Shown: piece by piece, positions 11,181 to 24,326 of the stretch
Position numbering within the stretch: position 1 is the first letter of the stretch
Layout of the letters: each line of letters opens with the position of its first letter
Source of the DNA: Neoconidiobolus thromboides FSU 785
Taxonomy: Eukaryota; Fungi; Entomophthoromycota
Assembly: GCA_025603075.1 (NCBI GenBank)
Contig: MU626404.1
Span: forward strand, 1-49,417
Length of the DNA stretch: 49,417 bases
Direction of reading: 5' to 3'
Notes under the pieces: model-generated
Told to the model about the DNA's origin: nothing
Databases searched by the model: none
The model's input: only the letters and a program-made list of their open reading frames with translations
Translations under genes and position numbers: made by a program

Positions 11181-12824
11181 ATGAATCAAACAATTGAAAA
11201 ACAACGTCAGTTATATCAAGAAATTGAAATCATCGAACAAGCCATTGTAGATCAATATCATCAAAAAACGAAAACAGTAAGCTATTTATTCTACTTTAGT
11301 AAAAAATCCATCCACTAACTTTATCTTCCCTCATAGTACAAAGAAAAACTCCAATTAGAACAACAAGTGAATCTGTATCTGACCTCCATACAATCCCGTG
11401 GAGAAAAACTAAACTCATTATATCATGATGAAACTGTCAAGCGAGAAATTGAAGAAATTGGGACTGGGGACTTTGGTTTATTTTATAAAAAAGTAAAAAA
11501 TATACGCGATGGTTATCAAAATAAACCTACTTTATTAGTTGAACCTGTAGGATTGAATTTATTGGCAGCAATTGGACGTGCCGATATTGAAAAAGATCTG
11601 TTTTCTGGTGAAGAGAAAGATGGCAAATATTTGGATTTGATTCAATGCTTTGATTTATTTTTTAACTTACAGATTAATGATAAAGGCTATTTGGAATATT
11701 TAGAAGGTTTGAATGAGTTTGATAAAATTCCATTAGCTAAAAAGGAGACGAAATATCAAGAGTATTTGAACACTTTGATCAGCTATTTGGAATCTTACTT
11801 TATTAGAGCTAGACCCTTATTTGATTATTTAGGACTAAAAAAGAAAGGCGAAGAAGAGCTTAATAACTTATGGAGTGAAGGAAAAGTTGTAGGTTGGCCA
11901 ATGGCAGGAAAAAATGAATTGTTTTGTAACGCATGTAATAAAAGTTTTACTAATGAAGCAGTGTATCAAAATCATTTAACTGGAAAAAAACATATCAAAA
12001 ACCAAAAACTGTTGGAAAATAACGAGGAGCAAAGGGATAATAGTAGTAATGATAATAATGATCCTAAATTTAAGATGGCTTGTATGGAACATGTAGTTAA
12101 AGTTTATTTAGAGGAGTTAAAGGAGATATTAGAAGATACTAAACTTAATATTGAAAGAAAACAAAGTTTGACAGAAAGGGAAAGAGAGGTAATATAATAC
12201 TCTACTAATAAATGAGTAAAAGCATATTTGACATTAACATTAATTCAATATAGATTGAGCAACAGGAAGCTGCAGAAAGTGAAAGTGAAAAGGGAGGGTC
12301 CGATACAGATGAAGATGATGAAAGAATTTATAATCCATTAAAACTACCATTAGGATGGGATGGTAAACCCATTCCATATTGGTTATATAAATTACATGGA
12401 TTAGGAGTGGAATATCCTTGCGAAATTTGTGGTAACTTTGTTTACATGGGTAGAAAAGCATTTGAAAGACATTTTCAAGTAAGAATTCTTATAAAAATTA
12501 AGTATCAATTAGAGATATTAATGCTTTATTTTACTTGATTTTAGGAATGGCGTCACGCTCATGGTATGCGTTGTTTAGGTATACCTAATACCAAACATTT
12601 TAATGAAATTACTTCTATACAAGATGCTTATTCACGTAAATTTTTTGTTATTTATTTAGAATGTATTTTGAGGATTAATTTATTTTTTAGTTTGGGAAAA
12701 ATTAAAAACAAAAGCTAAAGTAGAAATTCAAGATACAGAAACATTAGAAGAATTTGAAGATGACCATGGTCATGTTTATAATAAGAAAACTTATCTCGAT
12801 TTAAAAAGACAAGGTATTATTTAA
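11181..12824 (+). CDS. PRP9: Splicing factor 3A subunit 3 (U2 snRNP); introns 11277-11336, 12189-12253, 12479-12544, 12636-12690
   Basis: Spliced product contains [13 protein letters not shown], zinc finger [67 protein letters not shown] and C-terminal DLKRQGII. Confidence 0.95.
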
Positions 12825-12994
12825 TATTTAAATGATAATATAGATGATATTTCTTTTTATTTGATTATTTGATTAAAGTCAAGGGTCTCACTTTTTGTTA
12901 TCGTTTATTTTCAATTTTATTGGCTATTATGTTTTTAATTTATATTTCATGTCATAAGTTGTTTTTATAAAAATTACAATAACTTTTTGATTAA

Positions 12995-15128
12995 ATGATA
13001 TTCAATAAGTTAAAAACTCACTTTATACCAAAATTAAGGTTTTATCCTAATAAAAGTAAATTTATTAGTACAATTTATTAATATAATAATATTGAATAAA
13101 TTATAGCTTATATTAAAACATTAAATAAAATAAGTTATAAACCACTTGGTTTATTAGTATTAGTAGTAGGTGGAAGTGGTTTAAGCGGTAAAATATTATT
13201 AGAGGCCAATACTAAATTACCATCAGATATAGAAATAAACAAATTAAAAAATGAAGCCATAAAACCAGTAATTGAAGAAGTAGGGGAGGAAGTGATAATA
13301 CATAAAGGAAGCAACAGTATCATCAAAGTATTAAAAAAGCACTATAAATTAATCCTCATAGCCATCCTAAGTAGTATTTTAAGTACATTAATAGGAATCA
13401 AATTACCCATGGCATTAGCTAGTTTAGTAAAATTAATTAACCAAAATGGTGCACTTAACTTAACCATTTTAAACCAACAATTAATAAAGTTAATCAAATT
13501 AATTGGCATTAATGCAGTAGCTGTAGGCTTAAATATCGTGACTATTAATTATACAGTAGAACAAGTATTTAAAGAGATCAAATTAGCTTTATTACAAAGT
13601 TTATTATATATGGATTTAGCTATATTAGAAAGTAAAAGAAAAGCAGAGTTAGTAGATAAAATTTGGTCGCAATACAATGAAGCTAAAAGTTTATTTAAAG
13701 TTTTATTGTTTAAGGTAAAACCACTAGTTTTTTATTATTTGTTTAATTATATATTAATTGATTTATTAGGGTATCCCTTGTCTCACAACAATCCTAGGCT
13801 CCAGTTACAACTTATATAGTATTTCTCCAATGTTAAGTAATTACTTAATAGTTACTTTACCAAGTATCTATTTAGTATTATATTTTTATGGTAATATACT
13901 AAGAAGTTGTCGAAAACAATGTATGAATAGTGAGTCTTATAACCAAGGTTTAAGTATGGAAATCATGAATGGAATACGTACAGTTAGGGCCTATGCCATG
14001 GAAGAAAAAGAGATAGAAAATTATGATGAAAATTTAACTCAACTAATTCATTATAATAATTTATTTTCGTTTCATTTAAGTTTATTCAAATCTTTCATTA
14101 ATTTATCATTGGGTTTAACAACTGCAGGGATATTTTATATGGGTGCTAATAACGTTGTAAAAGGCTCTTTATTACAGGAAGATTTAATAGCTTATTTATT
14201 AACAGTACAAAATATGCAACGTGCTTTAGATTTATCAGGCTCCATATTTGGACAAATAATGAAAGGTAGATCCAGTATAAAAAACATAATTTATTATATT
14301 CAACTACCCTCATCCTCCACATTAAAAAGTTCAAAAAACCTAAAACCATTAGTATCTGGAAAAATTGATTTTGTTATTAATCATTTTGAATATAAAGATC
14401 AACAACCAGTATTAAAAAACGTAAGATTAACAATACCACCTGGTACTACTTTAGCCTTGTGTGGTGCTTCAGGTTCTGGAAAGAGTACTATAGCTGCTTT
14501 ATTGGAACGATTTTATGATTTAAATGAAAATCAAGGACATATATTTATTGATGGTATTAATATTCAAGATTATGAACCTAATTATTTAAGAGGAGAAATA
14601 ATTGCTTATTTAGAACAAGAACCTACTTTATTTAAAGGAACAATTAAAGATAATATAGTATATGGATCAAAATATACAGTAGAAGATGTACAAGAGATTC
14701 AACAAGCAGCTGAATTAGCTAATGCATGGGAATTTATTGAAAATTTAAGTGATGGGCTAGATACTGTTATTGATGAAAAAGGTAGTAATTTATCTGGTGG
14801 TCAAAAACAGAGAATATCAATAGCAAGAGCTATTATAAAAAATCCAAAAATATTAATTTTAGATGAAGCTACTTCAGCTTTAGATACCATTTCTGAAAAA
14901 AAGGTTCAAAATGCATTATATAATTTGATGAAAAATAAGACCACTTTGATTATTGCTCATAGACTATCTACAATCGTCAATGCTGATAATATTGCTTTAT
15001 TACAATCACCAAAGAATAATAATTCTGTTGTGGAACAGGGGAGCCATGATATGTTATTAAAATTGAAAGGTAAATATTTTGAATTGTTTTACTCAGCTAG
15101 AGATAAACATAAGGATACTATTGAATGA
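12995..15128 (+). CDS. Half-size ABC-B transporter (TMD-NBD), mitochondrial ABCB8/MDL-like; introns ~13056-13106 and 13715-13769
   Basis: Walker A GASGSGKST, signature LSGGQKQR, Walker B ILILDE, H-loop IAHRL. Hydrophobic N-terminal half; basic, acid-poor N-terminus (MIFNKLKTHFIPKLRFYP) resembles a mitochondrial presequence. The first donor could alternatively be about 12 nt downstream. Confidence 0.85.
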
Positions 15129-15904
15129 TGAGGTAATGAGATAGAGGATTAGATTTTATATTTCTTAAGAATAAAAATATATTCTATTATCATAACTTTA
15201 TTTTTTTAATTAAATTTTAATTCTATAATAAAATATCATTATTACAACGTATATGAAAACCAAATTATTTGAAAATTTAATAAATTTTCAAAATGAAAAT
15301 GACATCATTTCCTTAATAAAAAAATTTCGAAAAATATTAATAAGTCTAAATTCAGTACAAAAATTTAACCTTAAGGAAAACATGCTTTTCTATTTATTTA
15401 ATTCACTATAAAACATGAATATTCATTTTATTCAATCCACAATAAAACTACCTCAATCTACTTGTACTTCAATCTGATTGCTTAAGTTTTTCAATGAATA
15501 AGAGATTTAATAATATCAGGTGATGTGGCTTTTCATTAAATTTATTTTAAGAATAATAATTAAATGAACATTTAAAATAAATTTCTATCAAATAAGTAAA
15601 ATTATCTGATAAAAATTGAACTGAATTTGACATGATATTGGCTCCAAATTTAATATTTTCCCACCACCAATTAAAAGCCCTGATGATTTGACCATATTCT
15701 TGAAACCTGATGAATTAATCAACCAGTGGTTAACTATTATAAAATACACTATAAATACCCCCAACTACCTCCAGACTATTACATTTTATTGATTATAAAC
15801 TTTGATTTCAATTTTTATAGCTACTTGAATTTACTAAGTAAGTCTTTAAAACCTCCTCTCTTTATAATTTAACGATACTAACTTTTTTATTTCTATTAGC
15901 AACC

Positions 15905-17029
15905 ATGACTACGATTAAGAATAAATTTTTATCTACTAGCACCGTAGGTATTATTCCAGTTGCCTTCACAGATGGACAAGTAAGTTAACACTATCTTTTG
16001 TATTTTGACCTTATTAATCCCTTACTTTTAGCCTAGAAAAGGAGTTGAAAAAGGTCCATCCCATTTATTAGAAGCTGGTTTAGTACAACAAATTCAAGAA
16101 CTTGGGTATAATGTAGAATTTGATGGCAAAATTCATAATTTTGAAGAAATTCGACCACAAAGTGATCCAGATGTTGGTGTAGCTAAAAATCCAAGATTTG
16201 TTGGTGCAGTTGCCGAACAAGTAAATTTAAAAGTAGCTGAAGAATTAAAAAAAGGTCACTTTGCTTTAACTTTGGGTGGTGATCATTCTATTGGTTTAGG
16301 TACTACTACAGGTACCTTAGATGTATTCCCAGATGCTTGTGTTATTTGGGTAGATGCTCATGCTGTAAGTGAATTGTTTTAATATGTTAAATAAGTTTAT
16401 TTATTTTTATTCTAGGATATCAATGGTGTTGATGATACTGAAACTGGTAACTTACATGGATGTCCATTATCTTGGGCTGTTGGTGTATCTCGTGTTATTG
16501 AAGGCTTTGAATGGATCTTAAAAAGTCAAAAACAACCACGATTAAATCCTAATTCTTTAGTTTATATTGGATTAAGAGATGTTGATAAAGCAGAAAGAAG
16601 AATCTTAAAAGAACATAACATTAAAGCTTTCTCTATGCATGAAGTCGATAAATATGGCATTGGTAAGGTAGTCGATATGGCTTTAGATCATGTTAATCCA
16701 GATAGAAACCGCCCAATTCATCTTTCTTATGATGTCGATGCTTTAGACCCCTCGATTATTCCTGCTACTGGTAAGTTTTTTCTGAAATTTTAACCATTTT
16801 ATATAGTTGTTAATTTCTTTTCTTTTTAGGTACCCCAGTTCGTGGTGGATTAACTTTTAGAGAAGGTCATTATATTTGCGAAGCTTTATATGAAACTGGA
16901 TTAGTTGTAGCTATGGATTGTGTTGAAGTTAATCCTGATCTTTCTTATAAAAAAGAAGATTTAGAAATCACTGTTAAAACGGCTTGCTCTTTAATTCGTG
17001 CTGCTTTAGGGGAAGGTTTACTCAATTAA
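15905..17029 (+). CDS. CAR1: Arginase; introns 15980-16031, 16365-16415, 16771-16829
   Basis: Not in the ORF track. Splicing yields the Mn-binding motifs LGGDHSIG, WVDAHADIN, GNLHGCP and SYDVDALDP, plus TPVRGGLTFREG and EVNP. Confidence 0.95.
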
Positions 17030-17274
17030 GTGAAAAAAAGAATTTTTGATTTTTGTATAAAATTATGTTTTTGATTAGAAAAATAGCGTTTCCACTTTTT
17101 TTTACTTTAAACTTTATCTTTCATTAAACTTATTAATATATAACTAATAGAACAAAGAAGCAAAATATTTTAGAAAAATAAGAACAGAACATGAAACAAG
17201 TTTTTTATTAACTGTATTCACTTGTATCTCTATTATGTAATTAGTACTTATAATCTGATAAAAAAAGTCTAAAC

Positions 17275-17310
17275 TAAATAAAATAAAATAAAATAAAATA
17301 AAATAAAATA
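17275..17310. repeat. (TAAAA)n microsatellite
   Basis: About 7 tandem pentamers read directly. Confidence 0.8.
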
Positions 17311-17611
17311 CAGATAATATTAAAATAAATAAGTTCCATAATTTATTCGAGTATCCTTTACTTTATCCACACTATCAACTAACTGTTATAACATTGCTTT
17401 TAAAGTCAAATTAAAAACTCAATTCATCAATTTATTAAATAATTAACTTAAAATTTGATTCGAAATCTCTCTGCCCATGATCTCTGCTTCAAATAATATT
17501 TCAACATTATATTAAAAACTAATTTAATAAACTACTCATTTAAAAGCTACCCTCAATCATTTTAAATAACTAACACAAGATCGAATTCTTTTCACTTTCT
17601 CCTAGTTAACT

Positions 17612-19444
17612 TTAATAGTTTTTACAACATCCCTTAAATAATTGTAATTTATTAAAATAAAATTCATGTAATAATGGCCACCTTGGATTTTTAACATTTT
17701 CAAAAGTAGCTAATAACCGATTCAATGCTAATTTAATATTTTGATTATTAGGTTGATTGGAGGGATATTTGATTGCTAAATGTAATGCAAACGCAGCTAA
17801 ATAAATATTAAAATACCATAAGGGACCAGAAAATACATCAATTCTTGGTACTAAAAATAAAAATATTTTACAACTTAATAATGCGGCTGCTGTGGCTATT
17901 GGGTTTGAACTTTCGGTTAAAGTTGTAAAATTAGGATAGTGTAAAAGAATGATAGAATTATTATTGAGAATATGTAAGGACATGTATTGATACGCTTGTA
18001 TATTATCTTTAGAGCCACGTTGATTTTCTTTATACCAAAAATTATTTAACGGATATTTGGTATTTAAATAATTTCTCCAAGAAGTCACTTTTTCTATATA
18101 ATGTTTGACTTTTTTTTTATATGTTATTTCTCTATCTTTTATTATTGATAATAACTTATATTTTTTTGAATTTGAATAATTATTATCTGTTTCTAATAAA
18201 CTTCGATTTAATGAATGAATCATTGTCATTTTGGAGATTAAATATAATTCAATGATAAAGAAATTACTATTTTCTAATAAGGCATAGCGTTCTAATTTGG
18301 AATGTTTACATAATTTAGATTGAAATGTATTATTAGGGTCGTGGATCGGACACCATTCTGAAGTGACTGAATATTCAATTAATAGGTTACTTTCATTTTC
18401 ATGTAACAATAAAGGCTTATCAAACATTAAACTAACACATCGATCCACTAATAAACTACCCCACCACCCTCTAATTAATAATTCTCGTTCTACTAAATCT
18501 TTTTTTAAATTATTAGTAGGCATCTCTAATATTTTATTTAATTCTAATAAACCAGCAAATCTATTATAAATATTCAATATTATTCAATTATTATTATTAT
18601 TGTAAATTTATAAATCAATTCTTACCTCGTTGCTAAACCTAATTGATAGATAATAATAAAAACAAATTTGATTAATAAATAACTATAATAGATTTAAAAA
18701 AATAGATTTAAACTTACCAGCATGTTTCCAACCCAACCAAAGTTTATTTCTACAATGAAAAAAGAAATTTAAATGTAAATGAGACATTACTTTAAAAATC
18801 TCTGGATTACCGATAGTATTACTTAATAAAGCACTTGCCAATTTTGCATATTTGAATCCATCTTTTTCCATTTCTTTAGAGTACATAGTCGCAATAGCCA
18901 AAACGGAATAAAATAAATGATGATTTTGATAAATTGCTTTAAAAAAAGTGGGTTTATAAATGAGTGGTACAAATGGATAATAACAGGTGACATATAATTT
19001 TAATAATTTTTTTAATTTACAATTACTTTTTAATAAGATACCATAACCTTCATCTGAAGAATTGATCGTTAATTGACGTAATAAAATTTCTTCATAACTT
19101 GTATTTAATGCCCCTGTACATTTGAAATTATCTGGTAATCCATAAAGTATTGTTATTATTTTTTCGCTTATATCCGATAATTTTTCGATCACATATTTAT
19201 ACCGCCGACGTAAATCAATTTGTTCTAATTTTAATTTATTGGTATTATTTAATTTAATTGGGGTATAATGACATTCATTATTACTATTGAGACATCGAGT
19301 ACAACTAGGACGTTTGCGATCACATCGACCCTTTCGTTTTCGACAAAAATCACAACTTAAATAAAATGGTTGTTCCGATTGATTATCCATTTCTTCCAAA
19401 TTCTCTTCTCCTTTAAATTGAATTTTTAATCGTTTACTAGACAT
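17612..19444 (-). CDS. Zn(II)2Cys6 fungal transcription factor with middle homology region; exons 19444-18718, 18638-18626, 18560-17612
   Basis: CDFCRKRKGRCDRKRPSCTRCLNSNNEC binuclear cluster; YYPFVPLIYK..F and spliced HAGLATRFAGLLELN resemble the fungal TF middle homology region. Confidence 0.85.
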
Positions 19445-20793
19445 AACTTATTAAATCTCGTTATTGGAAGTTCCTATTAATATAATTGAAAATAAGAGAT
19501 AAGTTATCTCTTTTTATTATTATTAAACTGATCGTTTTGTTTTATACCCTTATCTAATAAAATATTGAATTGACTTTTATTTTGAAGGTTCAAATCTAAT
19601 GTTTGCTTGTTTATGTCAATTTTTACAATTACTAATCATTGGTTTAAATTAATAGCTTAAATAAAAAGAATGCAATTGAATTTATTCTTTTTATTAAAAT
19701 TAGCAATTATGTTTGTTAGCCTAACTTGGAGTTACTGTTCTATCAGATGTTAGAATCACTATGATTAAAAATGCTGGAATAATTTAATAAATTACATTTA
19801 CTTTCTACAGTAGTCAATGACTAGGATCAAATATTCTTTAAAAGGATGAGTGGAACGTAAGTGTCAGAAATTCTATTAGTTTCCGTATCTTTTCAATACA
19901 TTAATTTAGGGTTAAAATAGTTCAATTTAATACAATTAAAAATCTAGAATATCTGTATTAAAAATTCAATTGGTATTATCCAATCTAAATGTAGTTTGTA
20001 TACTTTTTATTTGTTGCTTTTTTAATTTAAAGGTATCAAAATAAAAACAAATAACCATTACTATTATACCATTTAAATGAATTTATTTACAAATAAAGAG
20101 TGCATAAATTATGTTTCAACTGGAATGACAATACTAACTCCTTATATCTCTGCTTCAATTCTTTTATCGTTTTTCTAGTGGTATTTAGAATTAAATCATT
20201 CATAAATTCTATTTTTAAACATTAATCCTATATTTATTAGAATTTCAATATGAGTTTATTTTTCAAATAAACAGTTAATTAAGTCAAAAGAAAGTAACAA
20301 CAGTTATATCTACTAATTACTAATCTAAGGAAATTGAATTTTTTATACTTTTGTTATCTGATTACATAATTGAAGCTAAAGAATTCAAGTAACCAGGGTA
20401 AATTTAATAATTTAATATATTAAACCAATACAACTAATAGAATCAATAGTACCACTATTATATGATTTTATGCAATTTTTAATATTTAATATTTAATTAA
20501 TGTGCTTTTTGAATCAAACCCAGAATCTAATAAATTTATTCATAGGAATTCAATGTTTTGATAGTGATTTTTTGGGCAGATCCTTTATTTTAATAACTTT
20601 CTCTATGGATTTAAAAACCTGTCTATTCTCAAACTTAATCTTGAATTACTAAATATAGTAAGGATTATGAAATCGTAATTTTTTAAGATTTAAAAAATTC
20701 AGGGTTCTATTTGTAAGCAACCTTAGAAAGATAAGAGGTAATAAAAAATAAATTAAGGAGAAAACTATTATTATTATTTAATGTATTAATTTG

Positions 20794-20795
<2 letters not shown>

Positions 20796-20831
<36 letters not shown>
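20796..20831. repeat. (AAT)12 microsatellite
   Basis: Read directly. Confidence 0.85.
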
Positions 20832-20832
<1 letters not shown>

Positions 20833-21046
20833 GTGACAATAATAAAGTAAATAATTTTTATTAATTATTAATATACAAAAAGGTTTAGTTGTCTATAATT
20901 TAATCTTAATAAGTATAAGAAGGATAAACTATAATTGATTTTAATAAATAAAATAAATCTCAAATTTGCGTTGATTAATTATTAGATAATATTAATATTA
21001 AGCTATTATCAATAAATAATAAATATTAAAATATTAAAAATAAAAA

Positions 21047-21116
21047 TAAAATATTAAAAATAAAATATTAAAAATAAAATATTAAAAATAAAATATTAAA
21101 AATAAAATATTAAAAA
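21047..21116. repeat. 14-bp minisatellite (TAAAATATTAAAAA)x5
   Basis: Five perfect tandem units flanked by TAAAAA hexamers. Confidence 0.85.
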
Positions 21117-21276
21117 TAAAAATAAAAATAAAAATAAATCAAAGAATTCAACTTTCAACTTTTATAAATTAAAACAATAATAATAAAGAAAAAAAAAATA
21201 AAAAATAAACTTGATTCGTTCAATAATTGAACATTAATTGATAATAACCTTTTCGTAATTGTTTTCTTTTCTCTTT

Positions 21277-22443
21277 TTATACATTCAATGCCTTTAAATG
21301 ACATTCTAATACATGAGTAAACTCAGCGTGTTGTCTTATAGTAGGATGTTGTAATACAAAATATTGTTTTCTTTTCAATTCCAATTTCTTCATTTTGTCC
21401 ATTTCTTCTCCCACTTTCTCCACTTTCTCAACATTATCCAGTAATTGACATACAATAACAGATATATTAACTAATTTTTCATTATCCAAAACCTTAACTA
21501 ACTTGACCATTTTTAAATCTGTCAATTGCAAAAACTTCCATTTATTCATTTGAATGGACCATAGTTTTTTACTAACTGCTAACATAATAAATGTTGGATA
21601 TAAAAATAATTTGATTCTTCGTCGTGATTTTAAATCATATGCTTCTGATAAAAATACTTGTTTATACCCACCATTACGTAACATAGTAGGACAATTATCC
21701 ACTAAAGAATAGATTGCTTCTGCTGTGGCTTTTTCTTCTTCACTACGTCGGGTTTCATTGGCTTCTATTGCTAGTTTTGTCATCATTTCAACTGCATTAG
21801 CTAAAGGTATATAATCTGGATGATCTACTAAGGTACGATTTTTTAGTGTTTGTAATAATAAAGAATATCTTGTTAATCTTTGAATAGGTAATATTAACAT
21901 TTCTTTTAAGGTTTGTCTTGCTGGATTGATCGATGCTTTAGATTGTAGATATTCTTTAAACTTTAAATTATTATTTTCAAGGGTTGTTATAGTATCAATA
22001 GAAATCAAATAATTTTGGACATAATTTAAATAACATAAAAACTTCTTTTGACGTGATAAAAATTCATGGCCAATACATGAAGTGTCATAATTCCATTGAT
22101 GTAATTGAATACAATTATCTAAACTAGACCATAATTCTTGACTTAATTCAATTATAGGTTCAATTTTACCAAAGATTAAATTTAACATTTGAGTATTAAT
22201 ATGAAGTTTGAAATCTAATTCTGTTCTTAATGGTGTATAAAATAATTGTAATATTAATCTTAAATTATTTAAAAAATTTAATTCAGTTTCAATTAATTCT
22301 TGTATTAAATAATATCGATGTTGATGCCAACTTAATTCTTCTTCTTCATTTTTAGGTGAAATTGAAGGTGTATCTCCAAATTCAGATGATTTACATGATG
22401 GAGTAGGTGATATTTCATTATAATTAATATTATTTAATTGTAA

Positions 22444-22512
<69 letters not shown>

Positions 22513-24326
22513 GAATTTTTGTTGTTGATTATTATTATTATTATTATTATTATTTAAATCATTAAATAAACTTAATTCTTTTAAATTTAAATTATTAGTT
22601 TGAGATAAATTAGTTAAATCATCATAAGATCTATTAACCTTAATAAACCAAGGAATAGTTTCAAAATCATTTAATTGAACTTGAGCAGTTTGATTATTGA
22701 ATATCAATTTATTCATAATTTGCTGTAATTGATATTCAGGATTATTATGATTTTGAAATACTGAATTAGTTATTGCTTTTCTAGATTTGATTTTTGATAT
22801 TAATGAAATAGATGGTGTTAATTGATCAATACTTTTAGTTTTAAAATGAGATGTTGGATTTAATCTTCCACTAAATGTTTCTGCCTTTTGATAAAAATAT
22901 GTTTTTGCTTTTGTTTTGGGACTATTTTTACTATTATTAGATTTAATTGAGGATTGTGTAGATACATTTTCAATTGATTTATCTAATTCATTAATAGCTG
23001 TATTACGTTTGATTTCTTCACTATGAGAACGTTGAACTAGAAATTCAATATCAATATAAATTTAGATAGTACAAATAGTATATATATATCTTACCCACAG
23101 TAATAGGAGATAATAAACCATCCATACTATTCTATATGAAAAAAGAATACATAAGTTAAATAATAAAATAACAACCAATTTCACTTACTGTATTAGATAG
23201 TTCAATAGCACTTTCCGTCGTAAAAAACCGTTCTAATAACTCATGATTTTCTTGATTTTTTAAAATCATAGAACTTTCTTTAAATAAATTAGATAAACTT
23301 TTCTTACTTTTTGGTGATAATTCTAGTTCTTTAATATCATTATTTTTATCTTCATTATCTTGATTATCTTGATTATCTTGATTATCTTGTTCTTTTTCTT
23401 TTTTTTCATTGAAATGATTACTATCTCCAACAAATGGGTAACAACTTTTAGGTCGAATCTCATATCCTTTTAATCGTCTTTTAATCAACTCTAAATATAA
23501 TAAAAATAAATAACAATATACAATATATAATATATAAGAATAATCTACCTTGATCCAAGTCTTTAGTTTTAATTGAAATATCGGATAAAGTATCCATTGT
23601 ATTAAAACTATCTTCTGATATCATACTTCTAGGTCCCATTAATCTCGAAGTAATATTAATTGTAAAACAACTATCTCTTCTAGTATCTATCTTAGGTTTA
23701 ATAATAGGTGAATTTGGTGTACTTTTAATACTCATATTATTAGCTTTTGGTAATGGTTTATGATAACTCGAATTTCTTAAAGATTGATGAGTATTATTGT
23801 TGATTTTAGATTGAGTGTTACTGACTGCAGTAGTAAATGGTACAATAGGTAATGGTTTTTTTAATTTTATTGAAGAAGTAGGTGAGCAAATGATTCCACT
23901 TTGTTCATTTAATAATGTGTTATTATTATTATTATTATTATGTGTTTCCATATTAGTTAATGGCAATGAATGATTACTTTCAACTTTAATTAGAGTTGGG
24001 TTATTGTTAATGGTATTAGGAACTTGTTGTTGCTGTTGTTGTTGTTGTTGTTGTTGTTGAGTATTATTAATCTCAAGGTTATTACAATTATTATTAAAAT
24101 TAAGATTGATATTTAAATTACACTTTGGAATAGTAAAGATGGTATTCATGTCCGTATTATCTTTAATATCGATATTTTTATTACTTTCTTCTTTATTTTC
24201 TTCACTATCTTGTTGCTGTTTTAATGATAAGTGATGTATCGTTGCTTCTGTTATTGTATTTTTAAAATTTAATGAATTATTAATAGAAGGTAATTTAATA
24301 GATAAATTTAATGTTAAGATGGACAT
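21277..24326 (-). CDS. RhoGEF (DH domain, probable PH) with long N/Q-rich N-terminal region; introns 23548-23491, 23188-23132, 23094-23037
   Basis: DH motifs ELIETELNFL..L, LILPIQRLTRYSLLL and HPDY. The frame stays open upstream of the track ORF to 23036, and phase-compatible GT-AG introns join the three track ORFs. The true start is uncertain. Confidence 0.75.
22444..22555 (-). repeat. Coding (AAT)n tracts, poly-Asn, inside the RhoGEF
   Basis: TTA repeats on + strand, in frame with the RhoGEF ORF. Confidence 0.85.
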
